64,000 nt of DNA from Candidatus Poseidoniales archaeon (GTDB taxonomy: Archaea > Thermoplasmatota > Poseidoniia > Poseidoniales > Poseidoniaceae): contig QQRW01000040.1 in the NCBI GenBank assembly GCA_003602605.1, positions 19,283-83,282 on the forward strand, read 5' to 3'. Position numbers and translations under genes: made by a program. The notes beneath the pieces were generated by a model that saw only the letters and a program-made list of their open reading frames with translations, was not told the DNA's origin and ran no database searches. Shown in pieces: positions 20,039-30,900 of the stretch (position 1 is its first letter; each line of letters starts with the position of its first letter).

Positions 20039-20449
20039 ATGGAGACCTCGTGTGGCGTTGTTTTAGTCAACTACGGAACTGTACTTCTGCTCCAGTATCC
20101 TCAAGGGCACTGGGATTTCCCAAAAGGTCACGTCGAAGAGACTGATGAAGATCATTTTTCAACCGCGCGCCGTGAACTAAGTGAAGAAACCGGCATATCC
20201 GAAATAGAATTCATACCTGATTTTGTCGAAAGAAGCGAATACTCATATCGACATAAAGGGAAGAAGCGCACCAAGCAAGTGTACTGGTATCTTGCTGAGA
20301 CCGAGCGCATCAGCGTATCACTCTCTCACGAGCACCGCGGCCACATGTGGTTAGACTGGGAACAAGCAATGGATCAATTGTCTCATCAAGAAACCAAGCG
20401 AGTTCTGAAAAAGGCGCATGAGCACATGAGTTTAATCGGGAAAGAATAA
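20039..20449 (+). CDS. NUDIX hydrolase, Ap4A-hydrolase-like
   Basis: WDFPKGHVEETDEDHFSTARRELSEETGI closely follows the Nudix box as found in NUDT2-type enzymes, with a one-residue insertion. The ATG at 20039 is preferred. Confidence 0.75.
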   Translation: METSCGVVLVNYGTVLLLQYPQGHWDFPKGHVEETDEDHFSTARRELSEETGISEIEFIPDFVERSEYSYRHKGKKRTKQVYWYLAETERISVSLSHEHRGHMWLDWEQAMDQLSHQETKRVLKKAHEHMSLIGKE

Positions 20450-20450
20450 C

Positions 20451-21146
20451 TCACAAGTTGTCGAAATCATCATCGCTTCTGCTCAATTTACGAATCAAGT
20501 CTGCAACGCCGTTCTCTGGCCCCCGGCGACCCAGAGGCATCCAAAGCGACTCGTTGTTACCGAGACCAAGGCAAACCCATCGTCCAAGTACAAACAGCCA
20601 ATCAGAAAGTCGATTGATGTAAACCAGAACAAGAGGGCGGACTGATCCTTCACCTTCAGCTTCGCTCAATCTCAAAACCGTTCTCTCAAGACGTCTTGTC
20701 ACAGTACGGGTAAGGTGCATAACCGCTTCTGGACCGTTACCGGATGGTAAAATAAAACTCGTCAGTGGTTCGAGTTGTTCAAGCCAAGCATCCATTTCTT
20801 CAACCAATACATCGGCCTGTTTATCGCTCAAAACAGCCATTCCTTCCGGCAACTGTTCCGGAGGACAGGCGAGTTCAGCACCGAGGTCAAACAACTCGTT
20901 TTGCACCCTCGGAAGAACTTGAGTAACAATACTTTGCACCCGCTGAACGGTTGAACGGCTTCCACCGTCTTCGTGTGAGGGAAGACGTTGTATCTCCATT
21001 AGACACATTCCAAACAAGGCGTTCAATTCATCGCAAGTCCCAACCGCTTCAATCCGGGGGTCGGCCTTTGAGCGGCGTGAGCCGTCAACCAATGAAGTGT
21101 TTCCTTCATCCCCCGTGCCGGTGTAAACGCGTGTAATACGAACCAT
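20451..21146 (-). CDS. ATP:cob(I)alamin adenosyltransferase, PduO/MMAB type
   Basis: N-terminal RVYTGTGDEGNTSL..G.R..K...RIEAVGTCDELNA is the family hallmark. Confidence 0.85.
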   Translation of the reverse strand: MVRITRVYTGTGDEGNTSLVDGSRRSKADPRIEAVGTCDELNALFGMCLMEIQRLPSHEDGGSRSTVQRVQSIVTQVLPRVQNELFDLGAELACPPEQLPEGMAVLSDKQADVLVEEMDAWLEQLEPLTSFILPSGNGPEAVMHLTRTVTRRLERTVLRLSEAEGEGSVRPLVLVYINRLSDWLFVLGRWVCLGLGNNESLWMPLGRRGPENGVADLIRKLSRSDDDFDNL

Positions 21147-21170
21147 GAGTCTGCCTCAAACCACCGGAAG

Positions 21171-21656
21171 TCATGCTTCTATGAGTGGTTTTCGGGAAAG
21201 AAAGCTGGTGTCAATTGGGTGATACCATTCAATATCTTCTTCTCCAAATCGCCATGAATACAGTGCTAAATGTTGATCAACAACCCCGTACCATTCAAGC
21301 CTACCTGGCTCTAAGCAGGCAATTCGAGTACCAGTTGCTTCCACGCTTGCTGTAATGGATTGCCAGTGAGTGACGAGTTGGGCAAGTTGTTCAGCAACTT
21401 CGACCACATGTTCGCTTTCCGCCTCAAGTGTTTCAAGAAGAACTTCCAGCTCCTCGGTTAAATCGTGTGCCTCGTCACTCATGGCCTGTAATTCGGCGAG
21501 CCAACGTGTTACTTTGGGTAGGTTTTCTCTCGCCTCTTCGATGGAAACGATTCGAGCACCTTTCGGCAGTATTCGCATAGCATTCTCTTCATCAACCAGG
21601 GAACACACTTCCATAGGTCGACCAGAAAAGAACGGTACATCTGAATGTTCTTTCAC
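21171..21656 (-). CDS. DUF2203-family protein
   Basis: C-terminal LALYSWRFGEEDIEWYHPIDTSF..RKPL resembles the LCWK.GE..I.YWH motif of DUF2203. The true start may be the ATG at 21578. Confidence 0.5.
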   Translation of the reverse strand: MKEHSDVPFFSGRPMEVCSLVDEENAMRILPKGARIVSIEEARENLPKVTRWLAELQAMSDEAHDLTEELEVLLETLEAESEHVVEVAEQLAQLVTHWQSITASVEATGTRIACLEPGRLEWYGVVDQHLALYSWRFGEEDIEWYHPIDTSFLSRKPLIEA

Positions 21657-21749
21657 ATGTGTCCCTTTACTTGACAGACCATGAAGTCATCGGACGCAAT
21701 CCATGATTTTCGGTTGTTTTGCGTGTTTACGGAAATGACGGTTGCAGCA

Positions 21750-22031
21750 TTAGACAGAACTTATCGGCTGTTGTGAGGACCCCGATAATTTTCGTACAGA
21801 TTTCATGACAACGACCGATCCAATACCAATCCACATGAAAAGTTCGATAGCAAACACGACATAGTATGCTGGACCGAATTGTTTGAGGAGGACTACTGCG
21901 TCGTAAGGAACACCGTACAGAGCCATGTACAAGGCTTGAGAGAGAAGGCTTGATGAAAACCAGACTACGACCGCATACCAGAAAATAGTGCCCAAATCCC
22001 AATCATCTTGTCGAGCAAAGAGGTTCTCCAT
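21750..22031 (-). CDS. Small membrane protein
   Basis: Two or three hydrophobic helices. N-terminal RQDDWDLG motif. Confidence 0.4.
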   Translation of the reverse strand: MENLFARQDDWDLGTIFWYAVVVWFSSSLLSQALYMALYGVPYDAVVLLKQFGPAYYVVFAIELFMWIGIGSVVVMKSVRKLSGSSQQPISSV

Positions 22032-22140
22032 GGTAATACATCGTCATTCTTCCTCTTAAGTACTTTGTATTCTTGCATAAAATAATGCTCATTCCTGCAA
22101 GAAAAGTTACGAAAGCGAACGTAAACTTCCTCTTTCCGGC

Positions 22141-22923
22141 TCATTCCTGTTCCTTTTGTCCTAAAGAAGGAAGGTTGAGAGATGCGGTTTTATCGATATT
22201 CTCTAAAGCTGAATGTATCGCTTCAATCCATTCAATTGCAACGGCTTCTTCACCGCCTGCATCAAGCAAAGAGTCGTGCCATTCACTGGCAACGGCTTCA
22301 TCCCCGATAAACAGGTGAATTCTATGAAGAGCAAGGTAAGCCATCGGATTAAGGTGCTCTTCATCAGCATCCCAGCCCTTTTCGAAGCACGATATTGCCC
22401 CGTCAAGTCCAGAAATATTACCTCTTTGGAGGGCAACCATTCCAGCTTGACTCCATGCGAGTGGAAGACGTCCAATAAGCAGTCCCCGGAACACCAACCA
22501 CGTTTGTCCACTTCCCAACACAACCAGCGCCAAAAAACCCGACCACTGCTCAAATTGATTCAAGGAGTCCCATGTTTGTATCATGAGCCCGCCGACCCCT
22601 ACGCAGAAAAAGAAACCAGAAAAAGGAGCAATAAGGACCTCACGCCGAGTTCGAACCAAATGATGAATGCCTGCAAGAAGACCGAATGAACCGATGCCGG
22701 TCAAGAACAGCAGATGCCCAGTTACCGTAACGGGTTTAGGTGCCAGTTGACCTACTGCAATGAGAAAAGTGAGACTTAGAATGAGCATTCCAAATCGTCG
22801 AGATGGTTGAGGGAAAGGCTGACTCTTAGAGCCCAAAACAAGGAGTAACCCAACGGCGGCCTCAAACCCAATGAGAAGCCACTGGAGGGTATTCGTCTCA
22901 AATGTCAGCATACGACCCCTCAT
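22141..22923 (-). CDS. Polytopic membrane protein with soluble helical C-terminal domain
   Basis: Six or more hydrophobic segments, then a TPR-like helical tail. The ORF track start at 22962 is TTG; the first ATG is at 22923. Confidence 0.45.
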   Translation of the reverse strand: MRGRMLTFETNTLQWLLIGFEAAVGLLLVLGSKSQPFPQPSRRFGMLILSLTFLIAVGQLAPKPVTVTGHLLFLTGIGSFGLLAGIHHLVRTRREVLIAPFSGFFFCVGVGGLMIQTWDSLNQFEQWSGFLALVVLGSGQTWLVFRGLLIGRLPLAWSQAGMVALQRGNISGLDGAISCFEKGWDADEEHLNPMAYLALHRIHLFIGDEAVASEWHDSLLDAGGEEAVAIEWIEAIHSALENIDKTASLNLPSLGQKEQE

Positions 22924-22958
22924 AATCTCCGATGAAACGGCACTTCTTGACCCTTTGC

Positions 22959-23393
22959 TCAAGCCTTGTGGTATTCACTGCCTCTCAGAATCTCGGTAGC
23001 ACGGTAGAGTTGCTCGACCAGCATCGAACTGGCCATCTCATGCGGGAAGGTGAGCGGTGAAAGAGAAAGACGGTTGCGTCGGAATGTATCACCCGCTTTG
23101 GGCCAACCATCTGCAGGGCCGATGGCCAAATGTGTCTCGTCAGTTTCCATTTTCCAACGACCAACGCGATTAGAGAACTCTATTGAATCCATCAATTCCC
23201 CTCCTTCATCAAGGAAGATCAACGTGCCTTTGAGTTTGTCCAATCGGTCAACATAAGCGTTGATTGAAAGTTTATCGGAATGGAACTCAATCTTCACACC
23301 TCTGTTTTTTAATCGCTTAGCGTACATGTCAATGAGTTCACGATATGCCTTTTCTTTCGGGATACCATGGAAGTGCACGGTCACTCTTGCCAT
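22959..23393 (-). CDS. rlmH: SPOUT methyltransferase RlmH-like
   Basis: LIFLDEGGE, LAIGPADGW, LSLSPLTFPHEMA..LVEQLYRA match RlmH. The ATG at 23393 (MARVTV) is preferred over the upstream ORF start. Confidence 0.75.
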   Translation of the reverse strand: MARVTVHFHGIPKEKAYRELIDMYAKRLKNRGVKIEFHSDKLSINAYVDRLDKLKGTLIFLDEGGELMDSIEFSNRVGRWKMETDETHLAIGPADGWPKAGDTFRRNRLSLSPLTFPHEMASSMLVEQLYRATEILRGSEYHKA

Positions 23394-23471
23394 GCTTTGG
23401 CGAAAGCGTTCTCCTTGATGAAGACCCAACACGAAGCAAAATATCATAGGGAAGCGGTGAGAAGGCAACCC

Positions 23472-23807
23472 ATGGGTTGGTGGCCGTTTGGAAGCAAGAA
23501 GAAAACACATCGATCCCCGGTAGATGACCCGTTACTCAAAGACAACCGTACCATGATCTCCGAACTGCGTGACGCATGTGAAATGAACTTCGACAATCCC
23601 GAAGAAGCACGTCGGCAGATTCGAAGAATGCAGGTAGAATGGACGGATGCCTCTCGAGAAGGCATGATTACGGATGTAAATCGCAGCGGACTTGAAGCAC
23701 GAGCGTTCCGCCTCTTGACTTGCAGTGACAAGGAATGGGTCGTATGGCTCGATGACCTTGAATTTTGGAAGCCTGGCTGGAGGCCAGAGGTTGATGACGA
23801 GGATTGA
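23472..23807 (+). CDS. Hypothetical small protein
   Basis: ATG at 23472. Acidic C-terminus WKPGWRPEVDDED. Its stop overlaps the next ORF by 4 nt. Confidence 0.4.
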   Translation: MGWWPFGSKKKTHRSPVDDPLLKDNRTMISELRDACEMNFDNPEEARRQIRRMQVEWTDASREGMITDVNRSGLEARAFRLLTCSDKEWVVWLDDLEFWKPGWRPEVDDED

Positions 23808-23833
23808 AGAAGGGGCGGCTACCGCATCTCACC

Positions 23834-24526
23834 ATGGGTCAAACCCCTACACTCCACATGCTTTACACGTGTCCATTTTGTTGGAAGGTTCGTGGCCTCA
23901 TTGAATACATCGGCCTTGATGTAGAATACATCAGCGTAAACGGAATGAAAATCAAAAAAGAAGTCGGTTTTGCTGGCGATTGGGGAAAGGTGCCCGTTTT
24001 CACCGATGAGAACGGCAAATATCATACTGATTCCACGCCACTGCTCAAACACATCGATGCAACTTATAACGACGGAAAACTGGCTTCTTTAGGCGATGCT
24101 GAACGACAACAACAATGGCTTGAATGGGCGGATACAAAAATGTCGAAAGCGACAATCCCAATCCTCTACGGCAGTATAGGTTCGGCACTCAAGACGACGG
24201 TTCGAATCTCCAAAATTGAAAAATTCGGATTCTTCTCAAAGCGCCTTTATGCTTGGGCTGGATTCCCGATTATGTGGGGCATCATCGCTCGCAAGCGCGT
24301 GAAGAAAGATGGTCGAACGCCAAAGCAATTATGGCACGACCTGCTGACAGAATTCACGGACGAACACGGCTCAAAAACATACTTTGGTGGAGACGAACCG
24401 GACCTCGTGGACTTTGCTGTATTCGGCTACATGCGCTCCATTTCCCCGTTCCCTCAATTCAATATCTTGGAAGACCATGCAAAAGGCATTGCTTGGTACA
24501 AAAGAATGGGTTCCAATGTACAGTGA
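23834..24526 (+). CDS. Glutaredoxin-fold / GST-like protein (PGES2-like architecture)
   Basis: LHMLYTCPFCWKVRGLI is a CPFC glutaredoxin active site, followed by a GST-C-like helical domain. Confidence 0.6.
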   Translation: MGQTPTLHMLYTCPFCWKVRGLIEYIGLDVEYISVNGMKIKKEVGFAGDWGKVPVFTDENGKYHTDSTPLLKHIDATYNDGKLASLGDAERQQQWLEWADTKMSKATIPILYGSIGSALKTTVRISKIEKFGFFSKRLYAWAGFPIMWGIIARKRVKKDGRTPKQLWHDLLTEFTDEHGSKTYFGGDEPDLVDFAVFGYMRSISPFPQFNILEDHAKGIAWYKRMGSNVQ

Positions 24527-24535
24527 GGCGGCAGC

Positions 24536-25378
24536 ATGAGCGTTCAATATCGAGGTATTGAATTTCAGAAAATATCCGCAGGTAGTGTTTATCTGGGTAC
24601 CGAGAAAGGTGGATGGATTTATGCAAGTCAAAGACCGCGACATGAAGTGAAATGTCCCGAGTTCTACATCATGCAATCGGTTCTGTCCATGCAGCAGATC
24701 AATGACATCCTCCAATCGGAGAACGAAGAGGTAAAATTGGATGGCGCAAGTATCAACGAAATTTGCCTTCGATTGAATGATGGCGTGTCCGGTGCGGAGT
24801 TCCTTGCAGGCTCTGAACACAACTGGGAAGTTCGCAGTCCAAGTGAAGGCGAATGGCGGCACGCCCATGAAAAAATAGGACTCGAATTAAATCCAAAGAA
24901 AATTGAAATCTTAGCTGATGGCGTCGCTGACAATTATCGAGGGGCGATGATGGATGGGCGGCCTCGCCCTTTCAACGGCATTGGACCGATGGCGTTACAC
25001 CGTACCGCCATCGAAACACACCCCTCGCAGGAAGGAGTTACTGCACTTTCCAGCGCCCCAATGGATAGGCCGTTGGATGGAATTGTGACACGTTTGGTGA
25101 TCACCCCCATACGGTCGGGCGAAGGAAAAAAAGTACCGTTAAACGCTGATTTCTTCGCCAACATTCGAGGTGAAGTGTTTTGGACGATCCTCTTGGGCGT
25201 TATTCCTTCGTTCGTCATCCCAATCGCCCGAGGCATGGGTAGTTACGCGGTAACCGGATGGGCCAACCTGTTGTTTGGCGGCCTGTGTGCGGGATTTGTG
25301 ACCGGTGCGCTTTGGAGACCGAGACGGCCTACTCTGCAGTACGACGATATCGAAGACTCAACGCTCATCCGGGAGTGA
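24536..25378 (+). CDS. Membrane-anchored protein with a degenerate FGE/SUMF1-like domain (weak call)
   Basis: FQKISAGSVYLGTE...RPRHEVKCPEFYIMQSV and SPSEGEWRHAHE resemble FGE-sulfatase domain motifs. Two C-terminal TM helices. Confidence 0.35.
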   Translation: MSVQYRGIEFQKISAGSVYLGTEKGGWIYASQRPRHEVKCPEFYIMQSVLSMQQINDILQSENEEVKLDGASINEICLRLNDGVSGAEFLAGSEHNWEVRSPSEGEWRHAHEKIGLELNPKKIEILADGVADNYRGAMMDGRPRPFNGIGPMALHRTAIETHPSQEGVTALSSAPMDRPLDGIVTRLVITPIRSGEGKKVPLNADFFANIRGEVFWTILLGVIPSFVIPIARGMGSYAVTGWANLLFGGLCAGFVTGALWRPRRPTLQYDDIEDSTLIRE

Positions 25379-27679
25379 AACCAACGATTCCCAGTAAGAG
25401 TCTTGGCGAATGGCATCAGCTGCACATATTGCTGCCATGTTGACGATATGACGTACTCCATCTCTTCGAGCAACCAATTGAACCGGCTTGTCCATACCTT
25501 CTAGAATCGGACCTGTCATTTCGGCATCACCCAATTCTTCAAGCAGTTTGTATGCAATGTTTGCGGCAGCTAAGTTCGGCAATACCAAAACATTCGCCGG
25601 CCCATTGAAATCCATGAATGGGTACTCTTCTTGTACTTCGCCGTTCAATGCGGTATCGGCTTGCATTGGTCCATCAATAATCAAAGACGGATCGAGTTCG
25701 CGAGCAAATTCAATTGCATCTTCAATACGTTCAGACCGTTGAGCACGGCTTGAACCAAAGTTCGAAAACGAAAGCATTGCTACCTTCGGGGCGACTCCGA
25801 ATCGACGAGCAACCTTCGCTGTTTGCACTGCTATTTCGGCCAGTGTTCGACTATCGGGATACACATTGACGGTGGCATCGGCGAGGAAAATCGTTCTTCC
25901 TTTGACATTAACCATGTAGCATCCCACGACGCAGTGGGTTTTTTCGTTCGGACCAATGAGTTCCAAAGTTGGGCGCAAAACATCGCCATAATTTCGACTT
26001 ACTCCACCAACGAAACCATCAGCATCACCGTTGATGACCATTTGACTTGCGAAATATGGCCTCGACTTGAGGAGGCGGCGGGCATCAACATGTGTCATTC
26101 CTTTCCTACTTCTTTTCGACATCATCGCCTCAGCATAAATTCCTTTTCTGCGAGGGTCTTTTCTTGGATCGAAAACTTCGTACTCGAAATGCAGTCCAAG
26201 TTCATCTACCATTCTATGGATTCGCTCTTCGGGGCCGAGAAGAATTGGATAGCATATTTTCTGCTCGGAAAGTTGTGCTGCTGCCCTGAGAACTTTCTCG
26301 TGATCTCCCTCTGGGAAGACAATTCGCTTGCCCTTTCCGCGCACTTGATTGATGACGTGGCGCATGATAGAATACGACAGCCCTAATCTAGCCTCAAGTT
26401 GTTCGCGATATGCAACGAGAGAGAACTCTTCTGGTTGAACCGCTGCAACGCCCTCTTGAACAGCCGCTTGGGCAACTGCCGATGCTTCCCAAATGAGCAC
26501 GCGACGGTCAAACGGTTTGGGAATTATGTAATCCGGTCCGTATTGCATTGTTGCTCCATCGTATGCTGCTGAAATGTAATCGGGAACTGGTTCCTTGGCT
26601 AATGCAGCTAACGCTTTGGTTGCTGCCATTTTCATCCCTTGAGTGATGTCACGAGCGCGTACATCCAGCGCTCCACGGAAAATATACGGGAAGCCAAGTA
26701 CATTGTTCACTTGGTTTGAATAATCTGAACGGCCAGTGGCAATAATTGCATCAGTTCGGACTTCTAAAATTTCTTCCGGGGTAATCTCAGGCGTAGGATT
26801 CGCAAGTGCGAAAATGATCGGCTTATCGGCCATCGAAGCGATCATTTCTTTGTCGACCAGACCGCCACGTGACAAACCAAGCATCACATCTGCACCGTTC
26901 AGCGCATCAGCCAAGTCACCGGCTTCTCGTTCGTGTGCGAAAGGCGCCTTGTATTCGTTTAGTTCTCCAGCCTCAAGTCGGGCCTTGGTTACAATTCCCT
27001 TGCTATCAACCATAGAGATATTTTCTCGCGTCACACCAATTGCAACATAGTGATTAGCGCATGCAATTGCGCTCGCTCCTGCACCTATGACGACAACCTT
27101 GACTGTTGCAAGTTCCTTTTCCTGGAGTTCAACGGCATTGAGAAGGGCTGCTGCTGAAATGATTGCGGTGCCGTGCTGGTCGTCGTGCATGACTGGAATA
27201 TCGGTTGATTCTGCAATTCGCCTCTCAATTTCAAAACATTCTGGAGCCTTAATGTCTTCCAGGTTTATGCCACCAAAGGTTTTCGAAATATTGACCACAG
27301 TATCAATGAAAGACTCTGGGTCCTCGGTGTCGACCTCAATATCGAACACATCGATGTCAGCAAATGTTTTCAGGAGAAGTCCTTTTCCTTCCATAACTGG
27401 TTTACTTGCCAGTGCACCGATATTACCTAAACCGAGAACTGCTGTTCCGTTCGAAATGACTGCAACCAAGTTTCCCTTCGAGGTATATCGATATGCATCT
27501 TCAGGGCGTTCCGCAATGTCAAGACATGGGTAAGCAACTCCAGGGGAGTAAGCGAGACTTAATTCGTGTGCGGTCGAGTGAGGTTTGGTTGGAACAACCT
27601 TGATTTTACCTCTAGGTTCAGATTCGTGGTATTCCAGCGCTTCTTTCTTGAGCAGACGCTCCTTTTTTTCACGATTCAT
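25358..27679 (-). CDS. maeB: NADP-dependent malic enzyme, MaeB type (malic enzyme + phosphotransacetylase-like C-terminal domain)
   Basis: N-terminal GKIKVVPTKP..LSLAYSPGVA, NGTAVLGLGNIG, Rossmann VVIGAGASAIA. About 330 aa PTA-like C-terminal half. Confidence 0.9.
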   Translation of the reverse strand: MNREKKERLLKKEALEYHESEPRGKIKVVPTKPHSTAHELSLAYSPGVAYPCLDIAERPEDAYRYTSKGNLVAVISNGTAVLGLGNIGALASKPVMEGKGLLLKTFADIDVFDIEVDTEDPESFIDTVVNISKTFGGINLEDIKAPECFEIERRIAESTDIPVMHDDQHGTAIISAAALLNAVELQEKELATVKVVVIGAGASAIACANHYVAIGVTRENISMVDSKGIVTKARLEAGELNEYKAPFAHEREAGDLADALNGADVMLGLSRGGLVDKEMIASMADKPIIFALANPTPEITPEEILEVRTDAIIATGRSDYSNQVNNVLGFPYIFRGALDVRARDITQGMKMAATKALAALAKEPVPDYISAAYDGATMQYGPDYIIPKPFDRRVLIWEASAVAQAAVQEGVAAVQPEEFSLVAYREQLEARLGLSYSIMRHVINQVRGKGKRIVFPEGDHEKVLRAAAQLSEQKICYPILLGPEERIHRMVDELGLHFEYEVFDPRKDPRRKGIYAEAMMSKRSRKGMTHVDARRLLKSRPYFASQMVINGDADGFVGGVSRNYGDVLRPTLELIGPNEKTHCVVGCYMVNVKGRTIFLADATVNVYPDSRTLAEIAVQTAKVARRFGVAPKVAMLSFSNFGSSRAQRSERIEDAIEFARELDPSLIIDGPMQADTALNGEVQEEYPFMDFNGPANVLVLPNLAAANIAYKLLEELGDAEMTGPILEGMDKPVQLVARRDGVRHIVNMAAICAADAIRQDSYWESLVSLPDER

Positions 27680-27916
27680 GGTAAGACCTTATGCAACGAA
27701 GGCGGTCTTAGGTTTGAGTGTTGCGTGGCATGAGACTCTACGACCTTGTTTCAAACAGGATTATGTGTTTTTCGAAGCAATGACTTTTTCCTGAAGATTG
27801 TGTCAGTAAAAAACACTTAAAATCGCCAAAAAGCCTCATTTTGATACAGAACGAAGTGGTTCTTTTCACACGATAAAGGGGCGCGTTCAAATACCCCAAA
27901 ACACCGAAGGAAACTC

Positions 27917-30900
27917 ATGAGAAGCACTGTAAGCGCTAAGTATCCCCAGCGCGACGCTCGTAGAGCGGTTCTGTTGGTCATTCTCATGCTGCTTTCTTCT
28001 GCAGCTCCAATCCTTTCATTTACCGGAGTTTCAGCCCATGAATCATCAACGGATACCGTATGGCCTCAAGAAGGTAGCAACGATACGGGCTGGGTGCAGT
28101 TGGACGCGACAGGAGCAACGCCTGGCAGCCCCACTCAAGCCAGTGCATCTTGGACGTTAGAATTCGCGCCGGGTGCAGAATTGTCGAATGTGTCCTTCCA
28201 AGTGAGGGTGAACGGAAGCGACGGCCTTATGATCGAAGAACCGATGCTTGTTGCAAGCGATATTGGCGTGAACTTGTTGGACTGGAGAGGACTTGGAATG
28301 CTTGGTTCGCAAGACAGTTTCACAGGTCCAAACCCTTACTCTGGCCGTATGAATCCGAACAGTGATTCGGGTGCAACATGGATCCTTCCGTCAGACGCAG
28401 AGATTACCGATCTGGTCATAGAGGCTCTTGCACCGGTCGACCCCATCGTTGCGCTGTCACCGCTTGAACTCAACATAGCGGCGACAGCATTCCACCCTCT
28501 TGATGGCCGGATGTATATGGCAATCGACAACACGCTCATGACTTTGGATTACTCAAATGATCCAATCACCATCGACATTATTGAAACAAACTCAAACATT
28601 TTCGACATTGTAATCGATACTACGAACAATCTACTTCATCTTCTCACCGAAGATGGTTTCTCCGCCTACTCACTGGAAGACACCAGTGAACAAAACGGTC
28701 TAACAGCACCGGCCTTCTGGCCTGAGTCTTCATCTGAACCGACATACGATGTGTTTCACCTTGCTTCAAACGGGTTTGTTTACGCTGCTTATGACGGTGG
28801 AATTGCACAATGGGACGGTTCGAACTGGAGCTTCCCAGTGACCAAGCTTACCTCGGGCAGGGCCCTTGACATCGTTGAAGCAAACGGTGTGCTGTATGTT
28901 TCCTTCGACGATGAAGGTGTTGCTCGTTGGGACCTCAGTTCTGGATCTGCTCTTTCGACCTGGTCAACAGCTAATTCACTTCATTCCGACGAGATTGTTG
29001 AAATGATGATTTCCGGCAATCAAATCCTCTTCGCTTCACCGGACAGTGGTTTAGCTAGGTACGACTGGAACTCTGGATTTTGGCTCTCAACGTGGACGGA
29101 TGGCAATTGGCTCACCAGCAACTCAATCAACGGTATTGCTCGCTCAGGATCTGATTTATTCATCCTGAGCGGTGACACACTGCACATTTATGATACAACA
29201 AGTGGCGTGTTCACCAGTTCACAAGTGATTTCCAATTTCGGCCTTACCGGAGATGGAAGTGACTTGATTGTCTGGCCTGCAAACGGTGCAAGGTCACCCG
29301 CATCTGAACGACTGCTGCTCGGAAACGGCTTCGGCTCATTTGCCGAACTCTCCCCCAGTCCAACACTTACTCAAACTGGAACACTCTTGATTGGTAGCGG
29401 CCCTACCTCCTCAGGCATGCAAGATGCAACTGAACTTGGGGGTGTAGTATTTGTTGCTGCAGATGAATGGATGAACAGATTCGACACCCAAGCCTCAAGA
29501 TGGCTTCAGCCGGTATACTTGGGGACGACAGTAAACCAATTGATGAACGACGGTTCGCATGTGTTCATCGCTTCTGAAAGTGGGCTTCACAAGATGCACA
29601 GTAACGGCAGCCTTCTACAAACTTGGAACGCAACAAATACCGACTTGGATCAAGACGAAGTGCTGCGTGTAGATTCAGATGGAACGCATGCTGTTGCCAT
29701 CACGGGCGAAGGAGAAATGCTCGTCGTTGAGTTGAACGGCGCCAACCCCCCTTCAGTCGAACAATACGATTCAGCCGCCGTTGACCTTACTCTTTTCAGC
29801 AACACTGTTCATCTCGCCACCGATAACAGTGGCATCCTTAGATACGAACTCACCAATGAATCATGGCTAACTCCATGGATTTCGACGGGCGTCAATGGTG
29901 CAGATGATGTCCCAGTCGCTGTAAACGGCGACATTCTTTACTTCGGAATACCGGGTTACGGAGTAGCTCGAAAAGACCTCGCAACAGATGAATTGATGTC
30001 GCCGCTGACCACGCCCTCAAATTCTCCTGGCCAAAGTAATCAGAACGGCGTTCTTCCGTCGAACATCATCTACTCGCTCGAATCAGACGGAAATGACCTT
30101 TACATCGGAACTGCAAATGGCGCTATCGTATGGGATGGATCAACTTCTTCCACTTTCAAAACCGGTGGGCAATGGAATACTCGCCCACAACGATACTACG
30201 ACTTCACCGCTACAGGCGGAAACGTCTACGCTGGCACGAATATTGGGGTTTGTAAGTGGCCAGCAAGCCAGATAGCAACTGCAAACCCTGATTGTTTAAA
30301 CGTCTACGATGGAATGCCAAACTGGGCAACATATTCAGTTGAATCCGATTCCTACGGCTACATCTACGGCGGTACAACATCAGGTGTTGGCATCATTAGC
30401 GCATCGCCTTACGACGTTATCGGTGAATGGGAAGCTGGAGAACAAACCCAAAACGCCCCTGTGGTCGTTATCGGAGATGTGGCTTTTATCGCACTCGATG
30501 GTATCGGCATTGCTCGGTATGATATGCCCAACAACGCTTGGCTCACTCTGTGGACCGATGACAACTATCTTGACGACGGAAATGAAGATGCAACATCTCT
30601 CTCTGTAGATATCGATCCAAATCTTATCTGGATCGGTGGCTCTGATGGATTCCAACTTCTCAACGCAACCACGGGAGCTGAAGTGTACGATATAGAAAAA
30701 TCGAGCAGCCTATTTGCTGGTAATGGCGACCCTCTCGACATGATATTGAAAGGTGATACGATGTACTATCACGACGGCACTAGCAGCGACAACCTGTATC
30801 GGTTCAACGCCCAAAACTTCACCGCTCTGTCGCCTCTCGATGTAGGGGCCCAAGTTGGCCAAAACAATGGCGATATCAACGGTATGAATCTTGTTGGCGA

